This document shows, piece by piece, positions 19,369 to 30,103 of a stretch of 64,000 nt of DNA (position 1 is its first letter; every line of letters starts with the position of its first letter). The position numbers and the translations under genes are program-made. The notes below the pieces were generated by a model, which worked only from the letters and a program-made list of their open reading frames with translations, was not told the origin of the DNA and searched no databases. Source of the DNA: an uncultured Alphaproteobacteria bacterium (GTDB taxonomy: Bacteria > Pseudomonadota > Alphaproteobacteria > HIMB59); NCBI GenBank assembly GCA_902594145.1, contig CACJLA010000001.1, positions 164,543-228,542 on the forward strand, read 5' to 3'.

Positions 19369-21384
19369 ATGACAAAAGAGACTAAGAACACAAAACCAAC
19401 AACGACAAGCAAACCTGCCACACCCGCCCCTGCAGGCTCTGCTGCACCTAGAAAAAAACTTACTCTCAATACAACTGCGTTTCAAAAAAAACTATCATCT
19501 ATTTCAGTTAACAACCTTTTAGATGAAGAACCAGATTATGAAAAAATGCCGAGTTTGGCAAAAACAAAAAGAAATAGAGAAAAACAAAAAACTAAATATA
19601 AACCAAACCTAACTAGCTCTCAAAAAATCGTTCGTGAAGTTGACATTCCTGTTAAAATCTCTGTTCAAGAATTAGCTAGTAGAATGTCCGAAAAAACAGG
19701 AGACGTTGTAAAAGCTTTAATGAAAAGTGGGATTATGGCTACAGCTAATCAATATATTGATGGTGATACGGCCGAATTAATTGTTACAGAATTAGGACAC
19801 ACTCCTAAGAGAGCAGAGGCAATTAGTCTAAAAGATGAAATTGCAAATCATCAAAAAACTAAAAATTCTAAAATCTTACCAAGGCCTCCAATCGTAACTG
19901 TCATGGGCCACGTTGATCATGGCAAAACGTCATTATTGGATGCACTCAGAAATACCAATGTTACCTCAAAAGAGTCAGGTGGTATTACCCAACATATTGG
20001 CGCTTATCAAATTCAACATAAGAACAATCCCATCACATTTTTAGATACACCCGGTCACGCAGCCTTTTCAAATATCCGCTCGCGAGGTGCTAATTTAACG
20101 GACCTTGTTGTTTTAGTAGTGGCTGCTAACGACAGTGTAAAACCTCAAACAATTGAGGCCATTTCACATGCCAAAGCAGCTAAAGTGCCGATCGTTCTTG
20201 CCATTAATAAAATGGACTTACCAGATGTCGATCCAAGCATTGTTAGAAATGATTTGTTAACACACGAAGTGGTCGTAGAAAGTTACAGCGGTGATGTACT
20301 AGAAACAGAGATATCCGCCATCAAAAAAACAAACTTAGAAAAATTACTAGACAATATTTTATTACAAGTTGAAATTTTAGACCTTAACGTCGAGCATGAT
20401 AAACTTGCTGAAGCAATAGTTGTTGAGTCTAAAATTGAAACAGGTAAAGGACCGGTTGCAACAGTAATAGTAAAAAATGGAACTTTCAAAGAGGGGGATC
20501 ATTTTACCTGTGGTTCAGCTTTTGGAAGAGTCAGAGCTTTACTCGATGAGAATGGAAGCAGAATTAAATCTGCAAATCCAGGTATGCCGATTGAAGTGTT
20601 GGGCTTTGACTCAGTCCCTCAAGCAGGCGACACAGTTTATGTTATGCCTAATGAAGATATTGCAAAAGATATTACAGAAAAAGTAAAAGAACAAAAAAAA
20701 CTAGAAAACACTGAGTCAGTAAAAAAATCTTCATTAGAAGAAATGATGGCTAATGTATCGAAGGGAGACATGAAAAAACTTCCAATTATTGTTAAAGCAG
20801 ATGTTCAAGGCTCTCTTGAAGCAATAGTTTCTTCCTTAGAAAAAGTGGGCAATGAAGAAGTTAAAATTAATGTTGTCCATAATTCAATTGGTGCAATTAA
20901 TGAGAGTGATGTGAGCTTAGCGAGTTCCGCTCAAGGATTAGTAATTGGTTTTAATATCAGAGCTATCCCTCAAGCTCGAACAATTGCAAAACGCGATAAG
21001 GTAGACATCAGATATTATTCTATTATTTATGAATTAATCGATGATATGAAAAAAATGCTCTCTGGTCTTCTCACCCCAGACACTAAAGAGGAGATTATTG
21101 GTCACGCCGAAGTTCGCGATACTTTCAAATCTTCAAAGTTTGGCACCATAGCTGGTTGTTTTGTTATTGATGGAATAGTTCAAAATTCAGCCAAAATCAG
21201 GCTTGTTAGAGAAGGGAAGATTATCCATGAGGGAGAAGTTGGAACCCTGAAAAGATTTAAAGATGACGTTAAAGAGGTCAGAGAAAATTATGAGTGCGGT
21301 ATTTCATTTAAAGATTACTCAGATATTTTAGAAAAAGATGAAATTGAATTTTACATAACTAAGGAAGTTCAAAAAGAATTGTAG
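19369..21384 (+). CDS. infB: Translation initiation factor IF-2 (short N-terminus)
   Basis: MGHVDHGKT, GGITQHIGAY, DTPGH, NKMD. Confidence 0.97.
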   Translation: MTKETKNTKPTTTSKPATPAPAGSAAPRKKLTLNTTAFQKKLSSISVNNLLDEEPDYEKMPSLAKTKRNREKQKTKYKPNLTSSQKIVREVDIPVKISVQELASRMSEKTGDVVKALMKSGIMATANQYIDGDTAELIVTELGHTPKRAEAISLKDEIANHQKTKNSKILPRPPIVTVMGHVDHGKTSLLDALRNTNVTSKESGGITQHIGAYQIQHKNNPITFLDTPGHAAFSNIRSRGANLTDLVVLVVAANDSVKPQTIEAISHAKAAKVPIVLAINKMDLPDVDPSIVRNDLLTHEVVVESYSGDVLETEISAIKKTNLEKLLDNILLQVEILDLNVEHDKLAEAIVVESKIETGKGPVATVIVKNGTFKEGDHFTCGSAFGRVRALLDENGSRIKSANPGMPIEVLGFDSVPQAGDTVYVMPNEDIAKDITEKVKEQKKLENTESVKKSSLEEMMANVSKGDMKKLPIIVKADVQGSLEAIVSSLEKVGNEEVKINVVHNSIGAINESDVSLASSAQGLVIGFNIRAIPQARTIAKRDKVDIRYYSIIYELIDDMKKMLSGLLTPDTKEEIIGHAEVRDTFKSSKFGTIAGCFVIDGIVQNSAKIRLVREGKIIHEGEVGTLKRFKDDVKEVRENYECGISFKDYSDILEKDEIEFYITKEVQKEL

Positions 21385-21385
21385 T

Positions 21386-21730
21386 GTGGACAATAAGCCA
21401 AGTTTTCGAACCAAAAAAGTTGAACTTTCAATTAAAAGGCTCGTCTCCGAATATCTCGTAACCCAAAAAGATTATCTAATAAAATTTCCATCTGTTCGCT
21501 TTGAAATCACTGAAGTAAAAGTTAGTAAAGATCTAAGATTTGCAAAAATATTTCTTATTCATAATATTACAGAGACAGAATTTAAAGAATTTAACAAACT
21601 TTATCTCAGAGAAATACAAAACTTAATAGCAAGAACTCTGACAAGTAAATACACTCCAAAGATATCTCTAATATTCGACCAATCTTTTCAAGAGTCTTTA
21701 AAAGTACAATCACTGCTAGATAAATTATAA
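21386..21730 (+). CDS. rbfA: Ribosome-binding factor A (divergent)
   Basis: ITEVKVSKDLRFAKIF, KYTPKI; position after infB. Confidence 0.82.
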   Translation: MDNKPSFRTKKVELSIKRLVSEYLVTQKDYLIKFPSVRFEITEVKVSKDLRFAKIFLIHNITETEFKEFNKLYLREIQNLIARTLTSKYTPKISLIFDQSFQESLKVQSLLDKL

Positions 21731-21736
21731 ATTTTG

Positions 21737-22432
21737 ATGAAAGAAAAGTTTCCTAGTAGTGGATGGTTACTTATAGATAAACCAGAGGGCATTGAGTCTT
21801 TTGGAGTTATAAGAAAATTAAAATTTTGTTATTCATTTAATAAAATTGGTTTTGCAGGAACCTTAGACCCTCTTGCTTCTGGTTTATTATTAATAGGTAT
21901 TAATAAAGCAACTAAAAAAATTCCAAATATTCACCAATATCAAAAAAGTTATGAAGTCGAGATACGATTTGGTGCTTCAACAAACACTTTAGACTCAGAG
22001 GGGAGATTTTTAAAAATGAACCCTATTAGTCATAAAACTATAGACAGAGTTAATCATTTAAAAAAATACATAGGGGCATATGAACAAAAAATACCAGACT
22101 TTTCGGCTCACAAATTAAAGGGCAAGAATTTTTATGAGCTGGCTAGGAAAAATGAAAAAATTGAAGAGCGCTATAAAAAAGTATCAGTTCAGAGTTTAAA
22201 AGTTTTACTTTCTAGTACTTCTAAAATGAATATTGAGTTACATTGTCATTCAGGGTTTTATGTGAGGGCATTTGCAGAAGAGTTTGCAAATTCTTTAGGG
22301 GATATCGCATATGCTAGTATGATAAAAAGATTGAAAATAGGCACTTTTACTTTAAATCAAGCTATTCCCTATGAAAAAATTCTTGATTTCTCAAGCATAA
22401 ATGATTTACATAGCAACCTTATTACCATTTGA
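21737..22432 (+). CDS. truB: tRNA pseudouridine-55 synthase
   Basis: DKPEG, GFAGTLDPLASGLL, FSAHKLKG, SGFYVRA. Confidence 0.92.
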   Translation: MKEKFPSSGWLLIDKPEGIESFGVIRKLKFCYSFNKIGFAGTLDPLASGLLLIGINKATKKIPNIHQYQKSYEVEIRFGASTNTLDSEGRFLKMNPISHKTIDRVNHLKKYIGAYEQKIPDFSAHKLKGKNFYELARKNEKIEERYKKVSVQSLKVLLSSTSKMNIELHCHSGFYVRAFAEEFANSLGDIAYASMIKRLKIGTFTLNQAIPYEKILDFSSINDLHSNLITI

Positions 22433-22486
22433 ACTGGGCGACATCCTGGTCGGATGATGTTTACTTTGAAAGGAGTATTGATGTCG
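22433..22486 (+). promoter_or_regulatory. S15 autoregulatory leader (possible pseudoknot)
   Basis: Stem actggg/cctggt; cgacatc (22439-22445) is complementary to gatgtcg (22480-22486) spanning the rpsO start codon. Confidence 0.6.
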
Positions 22487-22735
22487 GAAATACAAATAAA
22501 CGATATAGCACGTGCTGATAATGACACTGGTTCACCAGAGTCCCAAATTTTTTTTCTCACAAAGAAAATTAATCTGTTAACAGAACATATCAAAATACAT
22601 AAGAAAGATTTTCATTCTCGAAGAGGTCTGCTGATGATGGTTGGTAAAAGAAATAGATTGATGGCGTATTTAAAGAAGAGGAATGTAGGAAAGTACTCAG
22701 AAGTAGCAGATAAACTAAAACTAAGAAAAAAGTAA
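22481..22735 (+). CDS. rpsO: 30S ribosomal protein S15
   Basis: [20 protein letters not shown]; SD aggag before ATG 22481. Confidence 0.96.
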   Translation: MSEIQINDIARADNDTGSPESQIFFLTKKINLLTEHIKIHKKDFHSRRGLLMMVGKRNRLMAYLKKRNVGKYSEVADKLKLRKK

Positions 22736-22772
22736 TACTTTTTAATTAGTGTAATAAGTAGAAAAGAGGAAG

Positions 22773-24836
22773 ATGAAAATAGAACATACTTTTACGTTGG
22801 GTAACCAACAAATCACTTTAGAAACTAATCGAATTGCAAAGCAAGCAGATGCATCTGTTGTTGTAACTTGTGGTGAAACCATGGTTATGGCAAACATATG
22901 TGCTGCCAAAACACAAAAACCTGATATCGATTTTTTTCCTTTAACAGTTAATTATCAGGAAAAATATTATGCCTCTGGAAAAATCCCAGGAGGTTTTTTT
23001 AAAAGAGAAGCAAGGCCAACAGAAAGAGAGACACTGATCTGTCGATTAATTGATAGACCTATTAGACCTCTTTTTCACAAAAATTTTAAAAACGAAACTC
23101 AAGTTACACTAACAGTTTTGTCATATGATGGATCAGTGGATCCAGATATCATAGCAATGTACGCAACTGGTGCTGCACTTGCAATATCTGGGCTGCCCGT
23201 AGCAGGAACACTTGGTGCAGCTCGAGTTGGTCATATTGATGGCAAGCTAGTAGCTAACCCAACGATTGAAGAGTTAGAAAATTCAGCTCTAGATTTAGTT
23301 GTAGCAGGTACAGAAGAAGGAGTTTTAATGGTTGAATCCGAAGCAAAGGAACTCCCAGAAAGTACTATGCTTGAGGCTGTAATGTTTGGTCATGACTTTT
23401 ATCAAACTTTTATTAAAGAAGTTCATGAATTTGCTGGAATGACAGAGATCAAAAAATTTGATGTACCTTCATTACCTGATTTTTATGATGGTCTTCAAAA
23501 GGATATTGGCTCAAAAATTACAGACCCAATTAAAGAGGCTTATGGTCTTGTTGATAAACAAGAAAGAAGTCAGAAGTTAGAAGAAATCAGATCTTCAATT
23601 ATAGATAGCGTTGAAGATGATCAAGTATTAGCCGCCACTACAATTATTAAAAATATTGAAAAAGATGTTGTACGTGGTGACATCATTAAAAATAAAAATC
23701 GAATTGATGGTAGAAAACTTGATGAGGTCAGAAAAATTACATGCGAATTAGACCTTCTACCTAGAGCTCATGGTTCTTGTTTATTTACTAGAGGAGAAAC
23801 CCAGGCAATAGTTGTTACAACCCTTGGCACAGGAGACGATGAACAAATGATTGACTCTCTTGACCCTATGCACAAACAACATTTTATGTTGCATTACAAC
23901 TTCCCCCCATACTCAGTTGGAGAAGTTGGAAGAATGGGTTCAACGGGTAGAAGAGAGATAGGTCATGGCAAGCTAGCATGGAGAGCAGTTCATCCGATGC
24001 TACCGACAAAAGAGGATTTTCCTTATACCCTTCGTTTGGTTTCTGAGATAACTGAATCAAATGGCTCTAGTTCTATGGCTACTGTTTGTGGCTCATCTCT
24101 TGCTTTAATGGCAGCAGGAGTTCCCATTAAGAGACATATTGGTGGAATTGCAATGGGACTAATCAAAGAAGGTGATGATTTTGTTGTGTTGAGCGATATC
24201 CTTGGTGATGAAGATCACTTGGGTGATATGGACTTTAAAGTGGCAGGTACCATGGACGGTATTACCTCACTTCAAATGGATATTAAAATTACAAGTATAA
24301 CAAAAGAAATCATGGAGATAGCTTTAAATCAAGCATCAGGTGGAAGAAAACACATAATAGGAGTTATGTCAGAGGCTCTACCAGAGGCTCGAACTAAGTT
24401 TTCAAAGCATGCACCTCAGGTAATTTCTATTTCTATCGATAAAGCTAAGATCAAAGATGTTATCGGATCTGGTGGGAAAGTGATTAGAAATATTGTAGAG
24501 GTCTCAGGAGCAAAACTTGAAGTTAATGATGATGGTATTGTCAAGATTGCATCTAGCAATGAAGAGTCTATCAACACTGCTAAACAAATGGTTGAGGACA
24601 TTGTAGCTGAGCCTGAAATAGGTAAGGTATACAATGGTAAAGTTGTAAAAATCGTTGAGTTTGGGGCTTTTGTCAACTTTATGGGTGCTCGCGATGGTTT
24701 ACTACATGTCTCTCAAATCTCTCAAAAAAGAGTAGAGAATGTATCTGATGTTTTATTAGAAGGCCAAGAAGTGCAAGTAAAAGTTCTTGATGTTGATAGA
24801 GCTGGCAAAGTAAAACTCAGCATGAAAGAAGTTTAA
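22773..24836 (+). CDS. pnp: Polynucleotide phosphorylase
   Basis: DFFPLTVNYQE, FTRGETQ, ESNGSSSMA, GDMDFKVAG, KH and S1 domains. Confidence 0.98.
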   Translation: MKIEHTFTLGNQQITLETNRIAKQADASVVVTCGETMVMANICAAKTQKPDIDFFPLTVNYQEKYYASGKIPGGFFKREARPTERETLICRLIDRPIRPLFHKNFKNETQVTLTVLSYDGSVDPDIIAMYATGAALAISGLPVAGTLGAARVGHIDGKLVANPTIEELENSALDLVVAGTEEGVLMVESEAKELPESTMLEAVMFGHDFYQTFIKEVHEFAGMTEIKKFDVPSLPDFYDGLQKDIGSKITDPIKEAYGLVDKQERSQKLEEIRSSIIDSVEDDQVLAATTIIKNIEKDVVRGDIIKNKNRIDGRKLDEVRKITCELDLLPRAHGSCLFTRGETQAIVVTTLGTGDDEQMIDSLDPMHKQHFMLHYNFPPYSVGEVGRMGSTGRREIGHGKLAWRAVHPMLPTKEDFPYTLRLVSEITESNGSSSMATVCGSSLALMAAGVPIKRHIGGIAMGLIKEGDDFVVLSDILGDEDHLGDMDFKVAGTMDGITSLQMDIKITSITKEIMEIALNQASGGRKHIIGVMSEALPEARTKFSKHAPQVISISIDKAKIKDVIGSGGKVIRNIVEVSGAKLEVNDDGIVKIASSNEESINTAKQMVEDIVAEPEIGKVYNGKVVKIVEFGAFVNFMGARDGLLHVSQISQKRVENVSDVLLEGQEVQVKVLDVDRAGKVKLSMKEV

Positions 24837-24848
24837 AGAAAATTTATT

Positions 24849-24886
24849 AGTAGCGCTAATGATTAATATGTTAGCGCTACTTCTTT
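24849..24886. terminator. Probable terminator between convergent pnp and hypothetical gene
   Basis: agtagcgctaa...ttagcgctact 11-bp stem followed by tcttt. Confidence 0.7.
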
Positions 24887-24900
24887 CAAAATTTTATTTA

Positions 24901-25251
24901 TTAATTTTCTCCAAACCATTCCCAAATTACAGTCGCCATCGTACCGCAGTCTGTTTCTCCGGAAGAAATAACAGCTGACGCACCTAAACCACCTCTTTCC
25001 CAGGCAAGTTCTTGATCATTTGTAAGGTGTTCTAATTCAACAGAATATCTCTCAAATCTGGGACTATTGGGCAATCTCTCTAATATTATTTCGTAATACT
25101 GATTATCAGTACAGTACTCTTCATAAACATATATCTGAGTCCATAAACCTCCTAAAACTGCTACTTCTTCATTTGCAACATTAACATCATGGAAAGCAAT
25201 GGCAAATTTACTGAAAAACAAAAAAAAAAGAATCCTAGGGATAATTTTCAT
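24901..25251 (-). CDS. Hypothetical secreted acidic protein
   Basis: Signal-peptide-like N-terminus (MKIIPRILFFLFFSKFAIA), two Cys; family not recognised. Confidence 0.7.
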   Translation of the reverse strand: MKIIPRILFFLFFSKFAIAFHDVNVANEEVAVLGGLWTQIYVYEEYCTDNQYYEIILERLPNSPRFERYSVELEHLTNDQELAWERGGLGASAVISSGETDCGTMATVIWEWFGEN

Positions 25252-25283
25252 AACTAATATTAGACTAATAATGTCAAAAAAAA

Positions 25284-26060
25284 TTATAAATCTTGAATAC
25301 TCATTCCTACATTATTATAACCGTTATCAACATACAGAATTTCTCCTGTAACACCTTTTGAAAGATCGCTCATTAAGTAAACTGATGACTTACCAATATC
25401 TTCTAATGATAAAGGTTTTTTGATAGGAGAGTTTTCAATTGTATAATTATATATCTTTCTTGATTTATTAATTACAGCACCTGCTAGAGTTCTCATTGGG
25501 CCTGCTGAAATCGCATTAACCCTAATTCCTCTGTCACCCATATCAACAGAAAGATACTTAATCGAAGTTTCTAACGCAGCCTTTGCAACGCCCATTACAT
25601 TATAACTTTGCATATATCTTGTTGATCCATAATAAGTTAGTGCCATGATAGAAGCGCCATCATTCATCTTTGGGGAGAACAATCTTATCATCTCGGTTAA
25701 AGAGTATGCAGAAATATGTAGAGTTTTGAGAAAGTTTTCTTTGGAAGTATTTAAATACTTTCCAGACAGTTCGTTTTTATCTGAATAGGCGACAGCATGA
25801 ACAAAAAAATCAATATTACCGTTAATTCCATCACGAACACTTTCAAGAGAGGAGGTGTCAGATACATCACAAGGCATAATTCCAAGGCAATTAATTTTCT
25901 CAGATAGGGGTGCAACTCTTTTTTTTATAGAGTCATTTTGATAAGTTAAGTACATACTTGCACCCTCATCACTTAAAGATTTTGCAATACCCCAAGCAAT
26001 AGAGTGGTCATTAGCGATACCTACAACTAATCCCTTTTTACTTTCTAATATCTTAGTCAT
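25284..26060 (-). CDS. fabI: Enoyl-ACP reductase
   Basis: [32 protein letters not shown]. Confidence 0.95.
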   Translation of the reverse strand: MTKILESKKGLVVGIANDHSIAWGIAKSLSDEGASMYLTYQNDSIKKRVAPLSEKINCLGIMPCDVSDTSSLESVRDGINGNIDFFVHAVAYSDKNELSGKYLNTSKENFLKTLHISAYSLTEMIRLFSPKMNDGASIMALTYYGSTRYMQSYNVMGVAKAALETSIKYLSVDMGDRGIRVNAISAGPMRTLAGAVINKSRKIYNYTIENSPIKKPLSLEDIGKSSVYLMSDLSKGVTGEILYVDNGYNNVGMSIQDL

Positions 26061-27270
26061 TATAACTAGTTAGATAGATAGAGGCATTGGTTCCACCAAA
26101 ACCAAAACTATTTGACAGGATAGAATTGATTTTAACATCATTTTTATTCTCTCGAAGAATATTCATTCCTTCAGCCTTTTCATCTAGTTTTGAAATATTA
26201 GCGGACTCAACCATAAAATCATTTTCCATCATTAAAAGAGAGTAAACAGCTTCCTGTACGCCAGTAGCACCAAGTGAGTGACCAGTTAAGGACTTAGTGG
26301 AACTAGTTGGAGGAACATTATCACCAAAAACTTCTCTTATACCTTTTAATTCAATCATGTCTCCCACAGGGGTGGAGGTTCCATGCGCATTAATATAATC
26401 AACGGGCCTTCCCTGAGTTGCCATATTCATACATCTCACGGCCCCTTCTCCTGAGGGTTGAACCATGTCATATCCATCTGATGTTTGACCAAAACCTTGA
26501 ATTTCCGCTACAATATTTGCACCTCTTTTTTTAGCACTATCAAGACTTTCGACTACTAAAACGCCTGCTCCTCCTCCGATCACAAAGCCATCTCTAGAAG
26601 AGTCATACGCGCGGGAGGCAACCTTGGGAGTTTCATTATATTTGCTTGAAAGTGCTCCCATAGCGTCAAATAAAATTGACATTGTCCAATGTGTTTCTTC
26701 TCCACCACCTGCGAATACAATCTCTTGTTGTCCATGCCTAATAAGATCGTAAGCGTTGCCAATACAATGTAAACTTGTTGAGCATGCTGAGCTGATGGAA
26801 TAGTTAACACCTTTAACTTTAAAAGGGGTTGCCAAGGTAGCAGAATTACCTGATGCCATTGTTCTTGTAACCATGTAAGGTCCAATTTTTTTAACACCTT
26901 TTTCTCTTGCTATGTCAAATGCTTGTTGTAATTGAAATGTTGATGGACCACCAGACCCCATTACTAATCCGGTATTAACGTTTGATATGAGAGTTTCATC
27001 AAGTCCTGAGTGTTCAATTGCCTCTTTCATTGCAATATAATTATAAGCAGCACCTTCACCCATAAAACGTAAAATTTTTCGATCTACATTTTCTTCAATA
27101 TTTATTTTAGGTTTGCCATGTACGTGACTTCTCATTCCAAGTTCTTCGTATTCTTTGCAATAACTGATTCCAGATTTCACATCTTTTAAACTTTGCAAAA
27201 CCTCTTTTTTGTTATCGCCTATACAAGAAACTATACCGTATCCTGTAATGACAACTCTTTTGTTACTCAT
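26053..27270 (-). CDS. fabB: Beta-ketoacyl-ACP synthase I
   Basis: [31 protein letters not shown]; between fabA and fabI. Confidence 0.95.
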   Translation of the reverse strand: MSNKRVVITGYGIVSCIGDNKKEVLQSLKDVKSGISYCKEYEELGMRSHVHGKPKINIEENVDRKILRFMGEGAAYNYIAMKEAIEHSGLDETLISNVNTGLVMGSGGPSTFQLQQAFDIAREKGVKKIGPYMVTRTMASGNSATLATPFKVKGVNYSISSACSTSLHCIGNAYDLIRHGQQEIVFAGGGEETHWTMSILFDAMGALSSKYNETPKVASRAYDSSRDGFVIGGGAGVLVVESLDSAKKRGANIVAEIQGFGQTSDGYDMVQPSGEGAVRCMNMATQGRPVDYINAHGTSTPVGDMIELKGIREVFGDNVPPTSSTKSLTGHSLGATGVQEAVYSLLMMENDFMVESANISKLDEKAEGMNILRENKNDVKINSILSNSFGFGGTNASIYLTSYND

Positions 27271-27778
27271 TAAACAAACCCACTCTTAAATCATTAGCGT
27301 GATATATTATTTTTTCTTTGTGTATTATTTGTCCATCTCCATAACCAATTGATAGCCCTTTTTTATTTAAAGATTTTTTTAAACTAACTCTATATTCAAT
27401 TAATTCTTTATCTGGTTTTATTTCTTCAACAAATTTGATTTCCCCAACTCCCAGAGCACGACCTTTTCCAGGGTATCCAAGCCAACCTAAATAAAAACCT
27501 AACATTTGCCATAAAGCGTCAAGACCCAAACATCCTGGCATTATGGGATCCCCTAAAAAATGACACTTAAAGAACCATAAATCAGCATTTATATCGAGTT
27601 CAGCGGTTATTTCGCCTTTTCCATGGATTCCACCGTCCTTATTAACCCTGGTAATACGATCAAACATAAGCATGGGTGGTGCGGGTAATTGAGCATTCCC
27701 TTGTCCAAATAATTTCCCTTTTCCACATTCAATAATCTCTTCATAACTATAACTAGATTGGGGCGTAAATGTGTTCAT
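27263..27778 (-). CDS. fabA: 3-hydroxyacyl-ACP dehydratase/isomerase
   Basis: [32 protein letters not shown]. Confidence 0.96.
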   Translation of the reverse strand: MNTFTPQSSYSYEEIIECGKGKLFGQGNAQLPAPPMLMFDRITRVNKDGGIHGKGEITAELDINADLWFFKCHFLGDPIMPGCLGLDALWQMLGFYLGWLGYPGKGRALGVGEIKFVEEIKPDKELIEYRVSLKKSLNKKGLSIGYGDGQIIHKEKIIYHANDLRVGLFNE

Positions 27779-27779
27779 A

Positions 27780-28550
27780 TTAGTGAGGACAAACTTTGCT
27801 GTTCAATTGTAGTTTGTTTATGTCTGAAGTCAAAAGGTCTATCAAGCTGATTTCATTCACCAATTGAGTTTTATTTTTTGCAAGTGCAAAAACAATTTTC
27901 ATACATGCATAACTAGTAACAAAGCCTGCAACTGGTCCAATCATAGCACTGTTCAAACAGCGGTGACTCTGATCAGCATAAGGAAAAAGACATTCAAAAC
28001 ATGAGTAGTTATTTTTTTGATAGTCTTGCGCAAAATAAATTCCCTCTGATGAGTTAATTGAGATAGATACAAAAGATATCTTGTTTGTCTTGGAAAATTT
28101 TGAAGAAAAAATTTTATTTTGATGGCTATCAGTACAATCAAATATTAAATCAAATTTAATTTTTGGATTTTCTTCAATAAAAGACTCAAAATTTAATGAA
28201 TGCTCTTTAATTATCGTCGTATCATTTACATTCTTAAGTTTATGCTTTGAGATATCTGACTTTGACTTACCAATATCATTTTGATCATAGTTTATCTGAC
28301 GATGTAAATTTGACTTTTCAATTTTATCATGGTCAATGAGATGTACTTTGCCAACTCCAGATCGAACAAGATATTGTGATGCGACTGTCCCCAAGGCGCC
28401 TAACCCGATTATACAAACCTTTTTTCTAGAAATATTAAGTTGTCCTTCCTCATCAATGCCAGGAACTAGAATTTGTCTTCCAAATTCCTCTATTAGTTTA
28501 TCAGTTTGTTCCTGTTGACCCAAAACCACCACTTCCCCTCTTTGTAGCAT
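27780..28550 (-). CDS. MoeB/ThiF-family adenylyltransferase (start uncertain, overlaps dut)
   Basis: [30 protein letters not shown]. Confidence 0.85.
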   Translation of the reverse strand: MLQRGEVVVLGQQEQTDKLIEEFGRQILVPGIDEEGQLNISRKKVCIIGLGALGTVASQYLVRSGVGKVHLIDHDKIEKSNLHRQINYDQNDIGKSKSDISKHKLKNVNDTTIIKEHSLNFESFIEENPKIKFDLIFDCTDSHQNKIFSSKFSKTNKISFVSISINSSEGIYFAQDYQKNNYSCFECLFPYADQSHRCLNSAMIGPVAGFVTSYACMKIVFALAKNKTQLVNEISLIDLLTSDINKLQLNSKVCPH

Positions 28551-28944
28551 TTAAATCGCTTACTAATTTAAAATTAACCTTTTCATATTTTGATACAACC
28601 ATTTGTGCAATTCTCATCTTATTTGTAACTTCAAAAACTTTTGATCCGTGATTAATTAAAATTACTTTAATTTCGCCTCTGTAGTCTGAGTCAATGGTCC
28701 CGGGACTATTTAAAACAGTGATTGAGTTTTTTAACCCTAATCCACTCCGAGGTCTGATTTGAACCTCGAGACCATCAGGTATTTCAAAAATCAACCCGGT
28801 CCCAATTAGTTTTGTTTGTTGAGGAGCAATATCAATATTTCCATTAGGCAAGAATGCTCTAATATCCATTCCAGCACTTGACGATGTCTCATACGTTGGA
28901 AGATTGATACTTTCATCTATTTTTTTAACTTTAATATCAATCAT
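28501..28944 (-). CDS. dut: dUTP diphosphatase
   Basis: [33 protein letters not shown] 28944 preferred. Confidence 0.96.
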   Translation of the reverse strand: MIDIKVKKIDESINLPTYETSSSAGMDIRAFLPNGNIDIAPQQTKLIGTGLIFEIPDGLEVQIRPRSGLGLKNSITVLNSPGTIDSDYRGEIKVILINHGSKVFEVTNKMRIAQMVVSKYEKVNFKLVSDLNATKRGSGGFGSTGTN

Positions 28945-28945
28945 A

Positions 28946-29584
28946 TTAAGCTTTAACATTATTTAGATATTTAACTATTTTATCAGCAAAAATTGTTTTA
29001 CTAACACTGCCTATATTTAATGAGGCACCCGATCTCCCAATCAAAATACCATTGTTATATTTGGTATTAAAAATTTTATTTTTAGGCGTTGGAAAGTTTA
29101 AAACAATAAAATCGCAATTTTTGTTTAATAGTTTTTTTTTTGCATTCTGTAATACATTGTCAGTTTCATAGGCAAATCCAACTGTAATTTTAGGTTTATT
29201 TTTTCCAGTCGACATTGATTTTAAAACATCAGGGTTGTTAATCAGTTTCAAAGATAAGCCATTATTTTTTTTTATTTTCACTTTACTATATTTTTCAACT
29301 TTATAGTCACCAATTGCTGCATTAAAAATTGCCAAATCTACAGACTTATATTTTTTTGCTTCTTTTAACATATTTTTAGCACTGGAAGTAAAAATATACT
29401 TAACATTTTTTGAAACTATTTGTTTAACTTGAATATATCCATGTAAACAAATAATTTTATAATTAGATTTTAAAAGACTTTTTATCAAGGCCATGCCTTG
29501 CCGACCCGATGACTCATTAGAGATATATCTTACTGGATCAATATACTCTCTAGTAGACCCAATGGTTATCAATGCTTTTTTCAC
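28946..29584 (-). CDS. coaB: Phosphopantothenate-cysteine ligase (stand-alone CoaB half)
   Basis: TREYIDPVRYISNESSGRQG, AAIGDY, VGFAYET. Confidence 0.9.
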   Translation of the reverse strand: MKKALITIGSTREYIDPVRYISNESSGRQGMALIKSLLKSNYKIICLHGYIQVKQIVSKNVKYIFTSSAKNMLKEAKKYKSVDLAIFNAAIGDYKVEKYSKVKIKKNNGLSLKLINNPDVLKSMSTGKNKPKITVGFAYETDNVLQNAKKKLLNKNCDFIVLNFPTPKNKIFNTKYNNGILIGRSGASLNIGSVSKTIFADKIVKYLNNVKA

Positions 29585-30103
29585 TTATTTAAGTTGATTT
29601 AGTATTTCGCCAGGATCAACTAATCGACCACTTCCATATTCACCACAAGCTAAAGATCCGTCATCAGGCCCAATAAACTGATGACCAATTTTCTTTAAAT
29701 AATCCACGTTATCTTGAATTATCTGATTAGACCACATTTCTTTATTCATAGCAGGAGCAAAATATATAGGTTTGTTTGCTGCAATCATACATGTCAAAGC
29801 TAGATCATCACAAAAACCCTTTGCAAATTTAGAAATAATGTTAGCAGTTGCAGGGTAAACAATGATATGAGTATTATCTCGAGCTAATTTTATATGTCCG
29901 ATTTTTTTTTCCATATCTAAATCAAAAAGTTGAGAATAAACCTGTTTATTGCAAATTGTCTCAAGTAATAATTTAGAAATAAATTCAAATGTATTTTTTG
30001 TTGCAATAACTTCATATTCAATTGATTTTTTTTGACACTCACGAATTAAATCCAAAGACTTGTAACAACCAACACTTCCCGTAATGACGATTAATATTTT
30101 CAT
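29585..30103 (-). CDS. coaC: Phosphopantothenoylcysteine decarboxylase (stand-alone CoaC half)
   Basis: TGSVGCYK, HIKL, PATAN, APAMN, LACGEYGSGRL. Confidence 0.9.
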   Translation of the reverse strand: MKILIVITGSVGCYKSLDLIRECQKKSIEYEVIATKNTFEFISKLLLETICNKQVYSQLFDLDMEKKIGHIKLARDNTHIIVYPATANIISKFAKGFCDDLALTCMIAANKPIYFAPAMNKEMWSNQIIQDNVDYLKKIGHQFIGPDDGSLACGEYGSGRLVDPGEILNQLK

